Translations under genes and position numbers: made by a program | The notes under the pieces: model-generated | Told to the model about the DNA's origin: nothing | Seen by the model: the letters and a program-made list of their open reading frames with translations, nothing else | Databases searched by the model: none | Assembly: GCA_963735805.1 (NCBI GenBank) | Contig: CAVTMK010000004.1 | Coordinates: 608,001 to 672,000 of the forward strand | Length of the DNA stretch: 64,000 nt | From: an uncultured Verrucomicrobiae bacterium | GTDB lineage: Bacteria > Verrucomicrobiota > Verrucomicrobiia > Chthoniobacterales > UBA10450 | Direction of reading: 5' to 3' | Shown here: piece after piece, positions 46,623-55,969 of the stretch | Position numbering within the stretch: the first letter of the stretch is position 1 | Layout of the letters: every line of letters begins with the position of its first letter

Positions 46623-47324
46623 TCACATCTTCTCGCTAATCTTGTAATTCAATCGCCGGGATAACAGCCAGCGCACACCCAACATATCCATGGTGGCGCG
46701 CAGGGCGCGGTTGCCGAAGCCGTACTTGCTTTGGCCAAAGCGGCGCGGACGGTGGTTCACGGGGACCTCGACAAGCCGATAGCCGGACCCTTTGACGAGT
46801 GCGGGAATGAAACGGTGCATCCCCTTGAAGGGAACCAGCGCACGCACGCATTCGCGCCGCATCGCTTTAAGAGTGCAACCAGTGTCGCGCACTCCGTCTT
46901 TGGTGTAGCGACTTCGCACAGCGTTTGCAATTCGGCTCGTCAGCCGTTTTACCAGTGTGTCCTGCCGCTTGAGCCGATAGCCGCATACAAGATCGGCGCC
47001 CTGCGTGATTTGAGCGAGAAGTCGTGGAATGTCGGCAGGATCATTCTGTAAATCGCCGTCAATTATGACCACAGTCGTGCCGCGCGCCGCTGTGAGACCG
47101 GCATAAATGGCTGCGCTTTGTCCGGAATTTTTCTCGAAACGAATCAGGCGAATGTTCGGCGACGGTTTAACCCGCTCCGCCGTGCCATCGGCTGACCCGT
47201 CATCGACAAAAATAATTTCGTAGTCGAGTCCTTGGAGCGCGGCGCCTAACTCTGATTGCAGAATGGGGACGTTCTCTTCTTCGTTGAAGAGAGGAACGAT
47301 GACAGAAATTTCCGGAGAATTCAT
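46623..47324 (-). CDS. GT2 polyprenyl-phosphate glycosyltransferase (ArnC/DPM1-like)
   Basis: IVPLFNEE, VDDGS.D, IDGDLQNDP, DTGC.LK and MHRF. Start ATG 47324. Confidence 0.92.
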   Translation of the reverse strand: MNSPEISVIVPLFNEEENVPILQSELGAALQGLDYEIIFVDDGSADGTAERVKPSPNIRLIRFEKNSGQSAAIYAGLTAARGTTVVIIDGDLQNDPADIPRLLAQITQGADLVCGYRLKRQDTLVKRLTSRIANAVRSRYTKDGVRDTGCTLKAMRRECVRALVPFKGMHRFIPALVKGSGYRLVEVPVNHRPRRFGQSKYGFGNRALRATMDMLGVRWLLSRRLNYKISEKM

Positions 47325-47475
47325 CGTTTGCAGCACGCGGATGGCGCGGACAGAGCGTCGTGTCGTGTCGACCACCGATCATGCCGGACCGAGTGAGAGA
47401 CCAGACCAATGGAATCCGTCTCCCGCGACTGCGGGATCAGGATGACCCATGCAGAAGGCTTATGCGAATGGGTCC

Positions 47476-49053
47476 TCATAGTGGAAGTGTGCGGTAATTT
47501 CGACAGAGAAATACTTGCCAGGTTCGTAGCGGCTTCCCATAGCGCGATACCTGGATCGTACCGACCAGCTCTGTTGATTGAAAGCCGGCTTGGATATTGT
47601 GCGGGACGCGTTGCTTTTTGCCGTCCCGAACGAAGAGCGCATCGCGGCCAATGAATAAATTGATCCCGTTTTCTTCAGTATAAACTTCGCCCTCTGCCCG
47701 GGCCGCGCCCGGCTTTAGCTCAACAAACTCATCGTAGCGCGGCCAAAATGAGAATTGATTCACCATGTCCTGCGACTCGGGGATATATACGGGGGGATGA
47801 CCAGGCCCCTCGGTTCGTTTGTCGCGAAGATAAAAGGAAATTTCGGATGCGCGATCGCGGGCATCGGCAATCAGGAAAAGTTTCTCACCTGATTTCGTTT
47901 CGAGATCGTTACGCATTGTTTCCAACGCATTCGTGGCGCTTTTCCAACCGCGCATGCGATTGCTTGGATCGCTTCGTTGGAACCTGTATCCAACCACCCG
48001 CAGTAAGTCTGTATCCATTGCCACCGCACTCATGATCAATCCAACCAGCATCGCAATGGCGGCGCCAAGCCGAAGGAGCGCGTGCGCCTCGAGACGCTCC
48101 CACCAATAATAAATTGCCAGCAATCCAAAACCGAGAAAGGCCAGCCCATCCCAATTTGGCGCAGCAGCTTTGTTCAACGAGAGAAATAAATAGAAAAGAA
48201 ACACCGGCAACCCAAACCACATCAGGAATAGAATCTTGAACTGCTGATTTACCCGTCGCCAACTGGCAATGACGCCCCATGCCAGCGCCAGGAACAAAAA
48301 TGGCGAATAGACCAGAAAATGCTCGCCTAAGAACGAAAGAACTTCGGCCGGGTGCAAGCCGAAGCCGTGCTCGATGCCTCCCCGCGATCGCAGATGTCCA
48401 AGGGTGACCCATGCGTGTTTCGCGTTCCACATGATCGGCGGCACCGTGCAAAGAGCGAACATGCCGAGGAATAGATAGAATCCCGAATGCTTGAATTCTT
48501 GCCTGAGCCGGGGCGCCAGGGCGAGTACCAATACAATCGAAATAAGCTCCAGCGCGTTAGTGTATTTGGAGAGAAAGCCAAGGCCGATTAACAGTCCGGT
48601 GACAGGCCAGAACCAGGAGAACTGCGGACTTTTCTCCAACGCAAGCCAGAATGTGAACATTGCCGCCAGCCAGAAGAAAATCGACAACGCATCAATCGTC
48701 ATCAGGAACGCGCCAATGTTAAAAATGGGTGTCACGTTCAATGCGAGTACGGCCCACAACCCTGCGGTGGCGTTGAACAATCGACGCGCAAAATAAAACA
48801 GAAGAAGGCTGGTTCCTGCCGCAAGGAGAGGACTGAAAAAACGCACTCCAAATTCATTTGCCCCAAAAACCGCAGTGCTTGCGCGTATGGCAAAAGCGAT
48901 GCCGGGCCCTTTACTGAAATAGGCCGGGGCCAGTCGTTCGGACCACATCCAGTAATGCGCCTCATCAAATTCGAGATCGGTCGTTGCCAGCATCGACAAT
49001 CGAATCACCGTCAATGCGATAATGAAGAGCCAGACCGCGCGTGTTGTTCTCAT
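47476..49053 (-). CDS. GT39/ArnT-like integral membrane glycosyltransferase
   Basis: DEAHYW.W, YFSKGP, MTID and LSKY; many TM segments. Confidence 0.88.
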   Translation of the reverse strand: MRTTRAVWLFIIALTVIRLSMLATTDLEFDEAHYWMWSERLAPAYFSKGPGIAFAIRASTAVFGANEFGVRFFSPLLAAGTSLLLFYFARRLFNATAGLWAVLALNVTPIFNIGAFLMTIDALSIFFWLAAMFTFWLALEKSPQFSWFWPVTGLLIGLGFLSKYTNALELISIVLVLALAPRLRQEFKHSGFYLFLGMFALCTVPPIMWNAKHAWVTLGHLRSRGGIEHGFGLHPAEVLSFLGEHFLVYSPFLFLALAWGVIASWRRVNQQFKILFLMWFGLPVFLFYLFLSLNKAAAPNWDGLAFLGFGLLAIYYWWERLEAHALLRLGAAIAMLVGLIMSAVAMDTDLLRVVGYRFQRSDPSNRMRGWKSATNALETMRNDLETKSGEKLFLIADARDRASEISFYLRDKRTEGPGHPPVYIPESQDMVNQFSFWPRYDEFVELKPGAARAEGEVYTEENGINLFIGRDALFVRDGKKQRVPHNIQAGFQSTELVGTIQVSRYGKPLRTWQVFLCRNYRTLPL

Positions 49054-49736
49054 GCGGGGTTTTGCGGCGCCCCCTGCGATCGCACGCTATCGTTAGAATC
49101 AGTAATCAAACTTGGATAGCGCGCAAAAAGCCGCGGCGCCCATTTTCGACCTGCGCTTCTCCAGATCAATTCGAACAAGCCGAGCAGGAGCAGGGCTTCG
49201 CCGCCTGCCAGAAAGAACGTCGCGATTACATCGCTGGGCCAATGAGCACCCAGATAGATTCGGGAATAACCGACAGCCAGGGCGACAAGCCAGTACAGCC
49301 AACCACCGCGTCGATAAAATAACGTGCAAAAAACAGCAATCACACTGTTGGTAGTTACATGTCCGGACGGAAAAGACGGTCCCGACCGCATGCGATCCGA
49401 CGAATCGGAAAACCGAATGGTCGGTTGCTTGAATAGAGTCAGAAAGGTCGGACGCGTCCTTTGTAACTGCACCATCCGCACATTTTCCACTTGTTTGGGC
49501 CGGTGGCGATTCACCGCTGATTTTAACAAACCGGTGACCTGGGTCGTAATCAACAGAGATAGAACCAGACATATGACGAACGCTCGCGCTCTAAATCCGC
49601 CAAGTAAGAGCGCGCTCACTCCGATGGCGATGAACAACGGCTCCCAAATCCCGCTATCGCTCAGGGCAGCCATGAACAAGTCGAGCGCCGGACTCGTCCA
49701 TTGTTGATTAATAAAATGAAAAACAGACTGATCCAT
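49050..49736 (-). CDS. PAP2-family membrane phosphatase
   Basis: K.....HRP, SFPSGH and SRIYLGAHWPSD. Confidence 0.93.
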   Translation of the reverse strand: MDQSVFHFINQQWTSPALDLFMAALSDSGIWEPLFIAIGVSALLLGGFRARAFVICLVLSLLITTQVTGLLKSAVNRHRPKQVENVRMVQLQRTRPTFLTLFKQPTIRFSDSSDRMRSGPSFPSGHVTTNSVIAVFCTLFYRRGGWLYWLVALAVGYSRIYLGAHWPSDVIATFFLAGGEALLLLGLFELIWRSAGRKWAPRLFARYPSLITDSNDSVRSQGAPQNPA

Positions 49737-49903
49737 GCGATGAAAATGAAACAGTCCCTAAGCTTTAATCGCTAGCTGCTAATAAACAAATGCGAGTGAG
49801 TGACGAAGCACGAATGACGAATGACGAAGGAATGACGAGTCTCGAAGGGCGCGTTACCAAAAAAACGGATCGGCGACCACGTTCGTCATTTATACATTCG
49901 ACA

Positions 49904-50575
49904 TTGTTTCGTCGTGTCGCTTTAGCCGTGTCTTTGTTGATACCTTTATCGGCGCTTGCGCAGTCCCAGCCTTCCGCAAAGGACATTCTCGCCTCTGTGC
50001 GTATGATGGAATCGCGGCAGCAAATCGACCTTCAGGGACAACTTCGTCAAGATGAGGTGGTGATTCTATTTCGGCTCATGCAGGACGGACCGCTGATTCG
50101 TTATTCATTCGCAAATCCCGATGAGGTTTTGCAACTGCGACTCGGTGAAAACAGCTCGCGCCTTGATCTTGTGACCGATGGCGGAGCCGAGCAATTTGGA
50201 GCCTCAAAGCTCAAGCAAAAGATTCGCGGTACCGGTGTGACCTACGAGGATCTGGCCTTCAAATTTCTCTACTGGCCGAGTGCGCGTGTTTTAGGCGAGG
50301 AAAAAGTTCGCACTCGTAACTGTTGGAAACTGCAACTGCGCGCCCCGTCACAAGAATCACAGTATTCAAATGTGTTGCTGTGGGTAGACAAGGCGAGCGG
50401 CGCACTGATGCGCATGGAGGGATACGATTGGAACGCCCAACTTGCCAAGCGTTTCGAAGTGGTATCCGCGCAGAAGATCGACGGCCGCTGGTTCTTGAAG
50501 CAAATGCGCATCGAAGGATTCGAGCCTGGGACTAATCACGTGCTCTCACGCACGTATCTAGAGATTAAGAAGTAG
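49904..50575 (+). CDS. Secreted outer-membrane lipoprotein-sorting (LolA-like) protein
   Basis: Signal peptide MFRRVALAVSLLIPLSALA from in-frame TTG 49904; GT..TYEDL and YS...LWVDK motifs. The ORF-track N-terminal extension is heptamer repeat. Confidence 0.72.
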   Translation: MFRRVALAVSLLIPLSALAQSQPSAKDILASVRMMESRQQIDLQGQLRQDEVVILFRLMQDGPLIRYSFANPDEVLQLRLGENSSRLDLVTDGGAEQFGASKLKQKIRGTGVTYEDLAFKFLYWPSARVLGEEKVRTRNCWKLQLRAPSQESQYSNVLLWVDKASGALMRMEGYDWNAQLAKRFEVVSAQKIDGRWFLKQMRIEGFEPGTNHVLSRTYLEIKK

Positions 50576-50699
50576 GGACGCCGGTTGTCGAAAATTGAAG
50601 GCCGCCCGGTGAGCATGTGGCGGGTGCTGTTTATGGCCCAAGCGAATCGGGAGAGCCACGCCCGGGGCGCGCGCTCTCCCGATGCAATAATTCCGGTTG

Positions 50700-51191
50700 T
50701 CAGTGCGCTCGATGCTCGCCCGACTTGGCGCCGCTTACTACCAACCTGCGGCCGAGAAATTCCTTATCGTGCAATTCTTCCACGGCACGTTTCGCTTCCT
50801 CAACGGTTTGCATCTGCACAAACGCAAATCCTTTTGAGCGCTGATTGTGCCGATAACTTACGACTTCCGCGTTTTGGACGTGACCGACGCCGTTGAACAA
50901 TTCGAACAGATCGCTCTCGGTTGCATCGAAAGACAAGTTGCCAACGTACAGACGAGGCGAAGTGACTTCGATCCGTTCAGGTTTGCGTGCGAGTCGGGAA
51001 GGCTGAGCGCCGTTGCGCGCTACAGCTGCGGCTTTCGTAGTGCCATCTCCGAAAAACGCGGCGATTCGCTGCCAGAATGTCTTTTTTTGCGGTTTCGCTT
51101 CTACTCGCTGCTGACGCGCGTGCTCGTTGCCTCTGCGTCGGGAGCCACCGCGCGAACGCTGTGAGCGTCTCCCACTTGAATAAGAGTTCAT
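50700..51191 (-). CDS. RRM (RNP-1) RNA-binding protein with Arg-rich N-terminal extension
   Basis: RNP2 LYVGNL and RNP1 KGFAFVQM. Likely start ATG 51191. Confidence 0.9.
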   Translation of the reverse strand: MNSYSSGRRSQRSRGGSRRRGNEHARQQRVEAKPQKKTFWQRIAAFFGDGTTKAAAVARNGAQPSRLARKPERIEVTSPRLYVGNLSFDATESDLFELFNGVGHVQNAEVVSYRHNQRSKGFAFVQMQTVEEAKRAVEELHDKEFLGRRLVVSGAKSGEHRAH

Positions 51192-51485
51192 ATTGATCCT
51201 TAGGTTGCATCCAATTGTTAAATAGGCGGAGCGCATCGATCGATGCACCGTCCACAGCGTGCCAATCATCCGGAGCCCATTCAAACAATTTGGGGGCTCT
51301 CTGCGACGCCGTTGGAAACTCCGCCTCGTCAAGCCGGGATCGGTCTTGTCTTAAAGTGCGAGCCCGCGGACTCAACCAACGAAGCAGCCAGGGCGCAAAG
51401 GGTCGCACCGTGGTATCGAAAAATCTGAATCGTCGTAGAAAACGGAGGCTCGGAAAACCGAACAAGAATCCCGACATCTCGCGCC

Positions 51486-51514
51486 ATTATGGCTTGTGTC
51501 GGCCTGGATTGCAA
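51486..51514 (-). promoter_or_regulatory. Sigma70-type promoter upstream of the RRM gene
   Basis: TTGCAA-N17-CATAAT on the minus strand. Confidence 0.6.
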
Positions 51515-51639
51515 GCGGAAGGATTGGAACCCACCGAAGCCGTAGGGCGATGTCGAGGTCTCGCGTCACGCTAAATTCCACCGAAGGCGCCAATTCCATT
51601 TGGAGAACTCCCTCGCTTGCTCCCGGGCTGGGGATTATG

Positions 51640-52644
51640 TCAGCGGGTGATCTGGTCGCGCAAGGAATACGCGCGTGATTTTATGTATTCTCGCGGACGT
51701 TCGCCACGAATTGGACGCACAAATGATCGCAGTTCGCGTCGGCTTAATTGTGGCTCGTAGCCGAATTCCGGCATGAGATCGCGGCAATGCCATTCTACCC
51801 ATCCGATTTCATCTTCGGATAGTTCCCGTTGCCAGCGCGTGGCCGGTTCCGAACTGATCTGCGAAAAATTGGTTCGTGCTGCTGAGTTACCACTCCAAAA
51901 TCGGCCCACTTTTGTCGGCGTCAGCACTGTTTCCGGATCGAAGTTGATCTCCAGGTAACCGCAAACCTCTTCCATTGTTCTGGACGGCTCGCAGACCAAT
52001 CGCTCATACGGCACCACAAGACCTGGAAACTCACCATCACGCACACGTCTGGCCAATCCAGCTGCGACCAGCCAGTGGGCGATCACGTAATAAGTCGAGA
52101 ACCTTCCCGTTTGCCTTGTTTTCTCCAGCGCGATTTGCGCCGCAAGAATGGCACGCGGATCCCGGATGGTGACCAGAATTTTTGCATGAGGAAAACGCCC
52201 GAGAATTTCCGGAATGTGATTTCGATTAGCCGGCGTTTTTTCCACCCATCGGGTGATGCTGTCCAGCGGACGGTCCAATGCGGCCGCGTACGCTTTGACC
52301 ATCAGCACGAGAAGATCTTCCCCCACATTGACAGGATCAAATGCGGCGCGCTCGAATGTATCCAGAAATGTCTCACGCGGGAACGTCGCGTAGTTCCGCT
52401 TGCCCCATTTGCATGGTCCGCCGAAAAGGACGTTGGAAAGCGATTGTTTGGTCAGGTAATCAAACTGCGCGCGGCGACCGCGTGGCGCGTATTTGGTTAG
52501 GACTGTGGGGAAATAGGCCGTTTCTTCGGGCAACACGAGCAATTCGGGATGGTTATCGAGCAACGCCACTAAGAGCGTCGTGCCGGATTTCGCTTGTCCC
52601 GCGATGAAGGAAGCTCGCTGCTCAAATGGCAATTCCGAAATCAC
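51640..52644 (-). CDS. Sulfotransferase family protein
   Basis: 5'-PSB GQAKSGTTLL, WVEKTP and RDPR, YE.L...P. Confidence 0.88.
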   Translation of the reverse strand: MISELPFEQRASFIAGQAKSGTTLLVALLDNHPELLVLPEETAYFPTVLTKYAPRGRRAQFDYLTKQSLSNVLFGGPCKWGKRNYATFPRETFLDTFERAAFDPVNVGEDLLVLMVKAYAAALDRPLDSITRWVEKTPANRNHIPEILGRFPHAKILVTIRDPRAILAAQIALEKTRQTGRFSTYYVIAHWLVAAGLARRVRDGEFPGLVVPYERLVCEPSRTMEEVCGYLEINFDPETVLTPTKVGRFWSGNSAARTNFSQISSEPATRWQRELSEDEIGWVEWHCRDLMPEFGYEPQLSRRELRSFVRPIRGERPREYIKSRAYSLRDQITR

Positions 52645-52742
52645 GGCAAAGATTACAACATATGTTTGGGAAATGATAATGCCCCGAGGTGTATTCGAAG
52701 CAGCAAACGATTGAAACAGCCCAGAGGATTGCCCGTCCTACT

Positions 52743-53717
52743 TCACTGGCGGGGCGCGTTACTGCGTGTGCGCCGTTCTTGTTGCAAAAACCAATCAATG
52801 AACTTTGGCAGTCCCTCGCTCAACCGGGTAGTTGGATTATAACCCAGTAACTTTCTCGCTTTCGAAATATCCGCGGAAGTCATGGGCATATCGCCCGGTT
52901 GTTCCGGCAGGTGGTTGATTTTCGCCTTTTTCCCAAGCGTATTTTCGATTGCAACGATCAACTCTTTGAGCTGGATGGTCTCGCTCTCACCCAGATTAAA
53001 GATATCAAATTGCGGACCTTCGTATTGGAGTGAGGCCATCGTTCCCTGAATTACATCATCAATATACGTGTAGTCGCGGCGCGTGCTGCCGTCGCCAAAT
53101 TGCTCGATCGGTTGCCCGGCGTAAATGCGCCGGGTGAATTGATGAATCGCCAAATCGGGCCTTTGCCGCGGACCGTATACAGTGAAATAGCGAAGCGCGA
53201 CTACGCGCAATTGGTAAAGGTGTGAGTAAGTCGAGCACAGGAATTCGCCCGCAATTTTTGTCGCTGCGTATGGACTGAGCGTCTGAGTCAGATGTTGATC
53301 TTCAGAAAAAGGCACGGTTTTCGAGGCGCCGTAGACGGATGAACTCGACGCAAAGATGAATTTTTCAACGCCCGTCAGTCGCGCCGCCTCGAGCAGATGC
53401 AGTGTCCCAGTGACATTGGTGTCGTAATAGAGTTGTGGGTGTTGAATCGATGGGCGGACCCCGGCGCGAGCTGCAAGATGCGCGATCACATCAAATTTTC
53501 CGCGATGAAACAAATTTCGCACTGACTCACCATCTCGAAGATCGTGATGGTGGATGGTCACATGTTTGGCGAAACCAGCGATGTTTGCCTGCTTGATTTG
53601 CGGATCGTAAAAATCGTTGAAGTCATCGACGATGGCGACCGTGTGGCCAGCTGCCAGCAAGGTTTCAGCAAGATGGGAGCCAATGAAGCCCGCACCGCCT
53701 GTGACCAGAATTCGCAT
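52743..53717 (-). CDS. NAD-dependent nucleotide-sugar epimerase (UDP-glucuronate 4-epimerase-like)
   Basis: GGAGFIG, HLAARAGVR, SSSSVYG, YAATK and FTVYGP..RPD. Start ATG 53717. Confidence 0.92.
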   Translation of the reverse strand: MRILVTGGAGFIGSHLAETLLAAGHTVAIVDDFNDFYDPQIKQANIAGFAKHVTIHHHDLRDGESVRNLFHRGKFDVIAHLAARAGVRPSIQHPQLYYDTNVTGTLHLLEAARLTGVEKFIFASSSSVYGASKTVPFSEDQHLTQTLSPYAATKIAGEFLCSTYSHLYQLRVVALRYFTVYGPRQRPDLAIHQFTRRIYAGQPIEQFGDGSTRRDYTYIDDVIQGTMASLQYEGPQFDIFNLGESETIQLKELIVAIENTLGKKAKINHLPEQPGDMPMTSADISKARKLLGYNPTTRLSEGLPKFIDWFLQQERRTRSNAPRQ

Positions 53718-53723
53718 GGTGCG

Positions 53724-53752
53724 AGGGTAGGTTTGCAACTGGCTATTGCCAA
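53724..53752 (-). promoter_or_regulatory. Candidate leaderless sigma70 promoter of the epimerase gene
   Basis: TTGGCA-N17-TACCCT-N6-ATG. Confidence 0.45.
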
Positions 53753-53790
53753 ATACCAATTGGCTCGATTCCGAGCACCGGCGGCGTACC

Positions 53791-53866
53791 TGTAGCCGCG
53801 AGCGTTGACCGCAGGGGGGTGCTATGACGGGGATCCCTCCAGCCGAGGTCGGCGCCCTCGGCTACA
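53791..53866. repeat. GTAG REP doublet
   Basis: TGTAGCCGCGAGCGTTGACCGC ... GCCGAGGTCGGCGCCCTCGGCTACA, inverted pair. Confidence 0.7.
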
Positions 53867-53880
53867 AGCCGGGTGCGTGT

Positions 53881-54306
53881 CTAACTAAAATTGCGCCAGT
53901 GCAACAGGAGATATGTCCAGTTTAACGCCAGCGCCGATACAACTGATGCGCGGACAGCTGTTTTCGCTGTCGACGTCGGAAAACGGATGCGCAATCGCGG
54001 CCCACGCGTGACAAGCACGAACAATGCATAAAGATCAAACGCGATTACGGCGCACAGCGCTGTGAACACGAGAGGGTTCCATCTCAGTGCGGCGAGAAAA
54101 TGACCGTGAAAGAATTGGATCCCGCATCGCGTCATGCCGCACGTAACGCACGGCAAACTGGTGAGCTCGCGAAAAGTGCAGCGCGGCCATGGCAAACCAA
54201 TTGTTAGCCAGGCTGCCGCTAGTCCGAGCGATCCAAGGGAGACGACTAGCCAGAGTAACTCGTAATCGATTTCACCTGGGGCAAGGCGCCGGATGTGAAG
54301 TCGCAT
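53881..54306 (-). CDS. DUF2752 membrane protein
   Basis: C.F...T.LPC..CG.TR...H......NP motif. Confidence 0.8.
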   Translation of the reverse strand: MRLHIRRLAPGEIDYELLWLVVSLGSLGLAAAWLTIGLPWPRCTFRELTSLPCVTCGMTRCGIQFFHGHFLAALRWNPLVFTALCAVIAFDLYALFVLVTRGPRLRIRFPTSTAKTAVRASVVSALALNWTYLLLHWRNFS

Positions 54307-54319
54307 TGTGCCCCAAACG

Positions 54320-55168
54320 TCAATGATGTGATGCGCTCCAGACACCCAACGCGCCGAACATGAATGCGATGAGCAATCCGCCGCCGCAACAAACAATTAG
54401 CGGCAGGAAAACTGCAAGAACAGCGCGACCGGTATCGGTTTCATGAGCGCGCGCCAACCCGATGCAGTTACAAACGAGCGCCCAGACACCAGCGATCAGT
54501 CCGCCACAAACCGGGATCATCTGCAAAGGACCGGCGGAGCCTTGAGAAAAAGCGACGACGCGGAAAGTGGTTTCAAAAGGTTGATTTGCGCCACCAACGA
54601 TCATCAAACAGAGGTGCACAATAGCGCTGCCGACGAACAGTCCGATTACGACGAGCAGCGGCACCAGAACGATAAATGCGGCGGAGCCGCCCATCCCGGC
54701 CAGTGCACCAAACGTGTCGTGGCGATCGGCGAAGAAGCCGACCGACTGCAAGCCCAGCGAGAATAGAACCGAGACAATGCCTCCCAGACATCCACCGATC
54801 AGCGCGTAAATGAGCGGCTCACCTAAACCGCCTTCGCGTTTCATCACCGTGAATGCTTCGCCCGGTTTCGTCAGCACCATCACCAGCGTCTCGACGAATG
54901 CATTGAAAAAGCCCCGCTCTTGTCGATGCTCCCACGGCAGTCCGCTGCGTGGGGCCGAACTCGCGGCTACGCCAACCTGCGCAGGCGGCGCGGCGGTCGC
55001 GGTCGCGCTCCACTCTGGGAATTGTGACAGCGGCTGCCAGTTCGCCATTCCTTCGCGCCATCCAATGTCAGTTGGAACAAAACGGCCGGTGCGCAAACCT
55101 TCACGAACTTCTTCTTCAGAAAATGCGCCCAGACTTGTTGCACCCCGGTTAACGTGAATCATCGCCAT
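54320..55168 (-). CDS. GYF_2 (DUF4339) plus Yip1-like membrane protein
   Basis: N-terminal G.F...W.EGM..WQPL; C-terminal 5 TM segments with LPWE and YIP1-like pattern. Confidence 0.78.
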   Translation of the reverse strand: MAMIHVNRGATSLGAFSEEEVREGLRTGRFVPTDIGWREGMANWQPLSQFPEWSATATAAPPAQVGVAASSAPRSGLPWEHRQERGFFNAFVETLVMVLTKPGEAFTVMKREGGLGEPLIYALIGGCLGGIVSVLFSLGLQSVGFFADRHDTFGALAGMGGSAAFIVLVPLLVVIGLFVGSAIVHLCLMIVGGANQPFETTFRVVAFSQGSAGPLQMIPVCGGLIAGVWALVCNCIGLARAHETDTGRAVLAVFLPLIVCCGGGLLIAFMFGALGVWSASHH

Positions 55169-55306
55169 AATACCCTCGTTCTAACGAGACGTATAACAGA
55201 GCGCAAGGTTAAATGGGCGCTCGGCGCAGATTTGGTTAACTCGAAATTCGTGATTCGAGACTCGTGGGCCGGGGCTCGGACGAATTACGATTCACGATGT
55301 AACAAA

Positions 55307-55945
55307 TCATGAATCAAACCGGTTCGCCTTGTCAGGCGCATCCAGCGCCCGCCAGAAGTACCAAGCGGCCACCGAACGGTAGGGACGCCATTTTTCACCG
55401 AACTTCATGAGCTGTTTTGGAGTGGGGAGTTTTCGTCGGCGAAAAGTTTTAGCGAAACCTTTGCGCACACCGTAATCGTCAACCGGCCAGACATCCGGTC
55501 GGCCCAGATCGAAAAGCAGGAGCATCTCAACCGTCCAACGGCCGATTCCGTGTACCGTGGTGAGACGCTCGATGATCTCGTCGTCCGTCATGCGAACCAG
55601 TGCCCGCCCGGAAGGTACCGTACCGTCGATTGTCTTCGCTGCGAGATCTTTCAACGCGGCGGTTTTGGCGCGCGAAAGACCAGCCGCGCGAAGCGTTTCG
55701 TCCGACGTTGCCAGAAGTTGTTCCGGATCGAGCCATTTTCTCCTGGGATAAAGCGCCCGGACGCGACCAAAAATAGTCGCAGCAGCTTTTCCGCTCAGCT
55801 GCTGGTAAGCAATTGATTCGGCAAGCGCATCGAACGGCCGAATCGAAAGCGCCGGTGCGATGTTGTAGCGGCGCGAGCGCGCGATCAGCTCGGCCATTCT
55901 CGGATGGCTCGCGCTGAGAAGCTGGTGCGCGTGCTTGTGGTTCAT
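55307..55945 (-). CDS. alkA: DNA-3-methyladenine glycosylase II (HhH-GPD)
   Basis: I.YQQLS..AA, GIGRWT, D..PVDD.G and W.PYRS.A. Confidence 0.88.
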   Translation of the reverse strand: MNHKHAHQLLSASHPRMAELIARSRRYNIAPALSIRPFDALAESIAYQQLSGKAAATIFGRVRALYPRRKWLDPEQLLATSDETLRAAGLSRAKTAALKDLAAKTIDGTVPSGRALVRMTDDEIIERLTTVHGIGRWTVEMLLLFDLGRPDVWPVDDYGVRKGFAKTFRRRKLPTPKQLMKFGEKWRPYRSVAAWYFWRALDAPDKANRFDS

Positions 55946-55969
55946 GAAAGGCAGACGTTTTCCGTGCGC

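Noticed and set aside
49790..49903. N-terminal extension of the LolA-like protein
   Set aside because: It consists of GAATGAC heptamer repeats, and the signal peptide begins at TTG 49904.
51515..51620. Possible tRNA, tmRNA or RNase P remnant (GGATTGGAACCC)
   Set aside because: No intact T-loop consensus, cloverleaf or RNase P/tmRNA signature could be built by eye.
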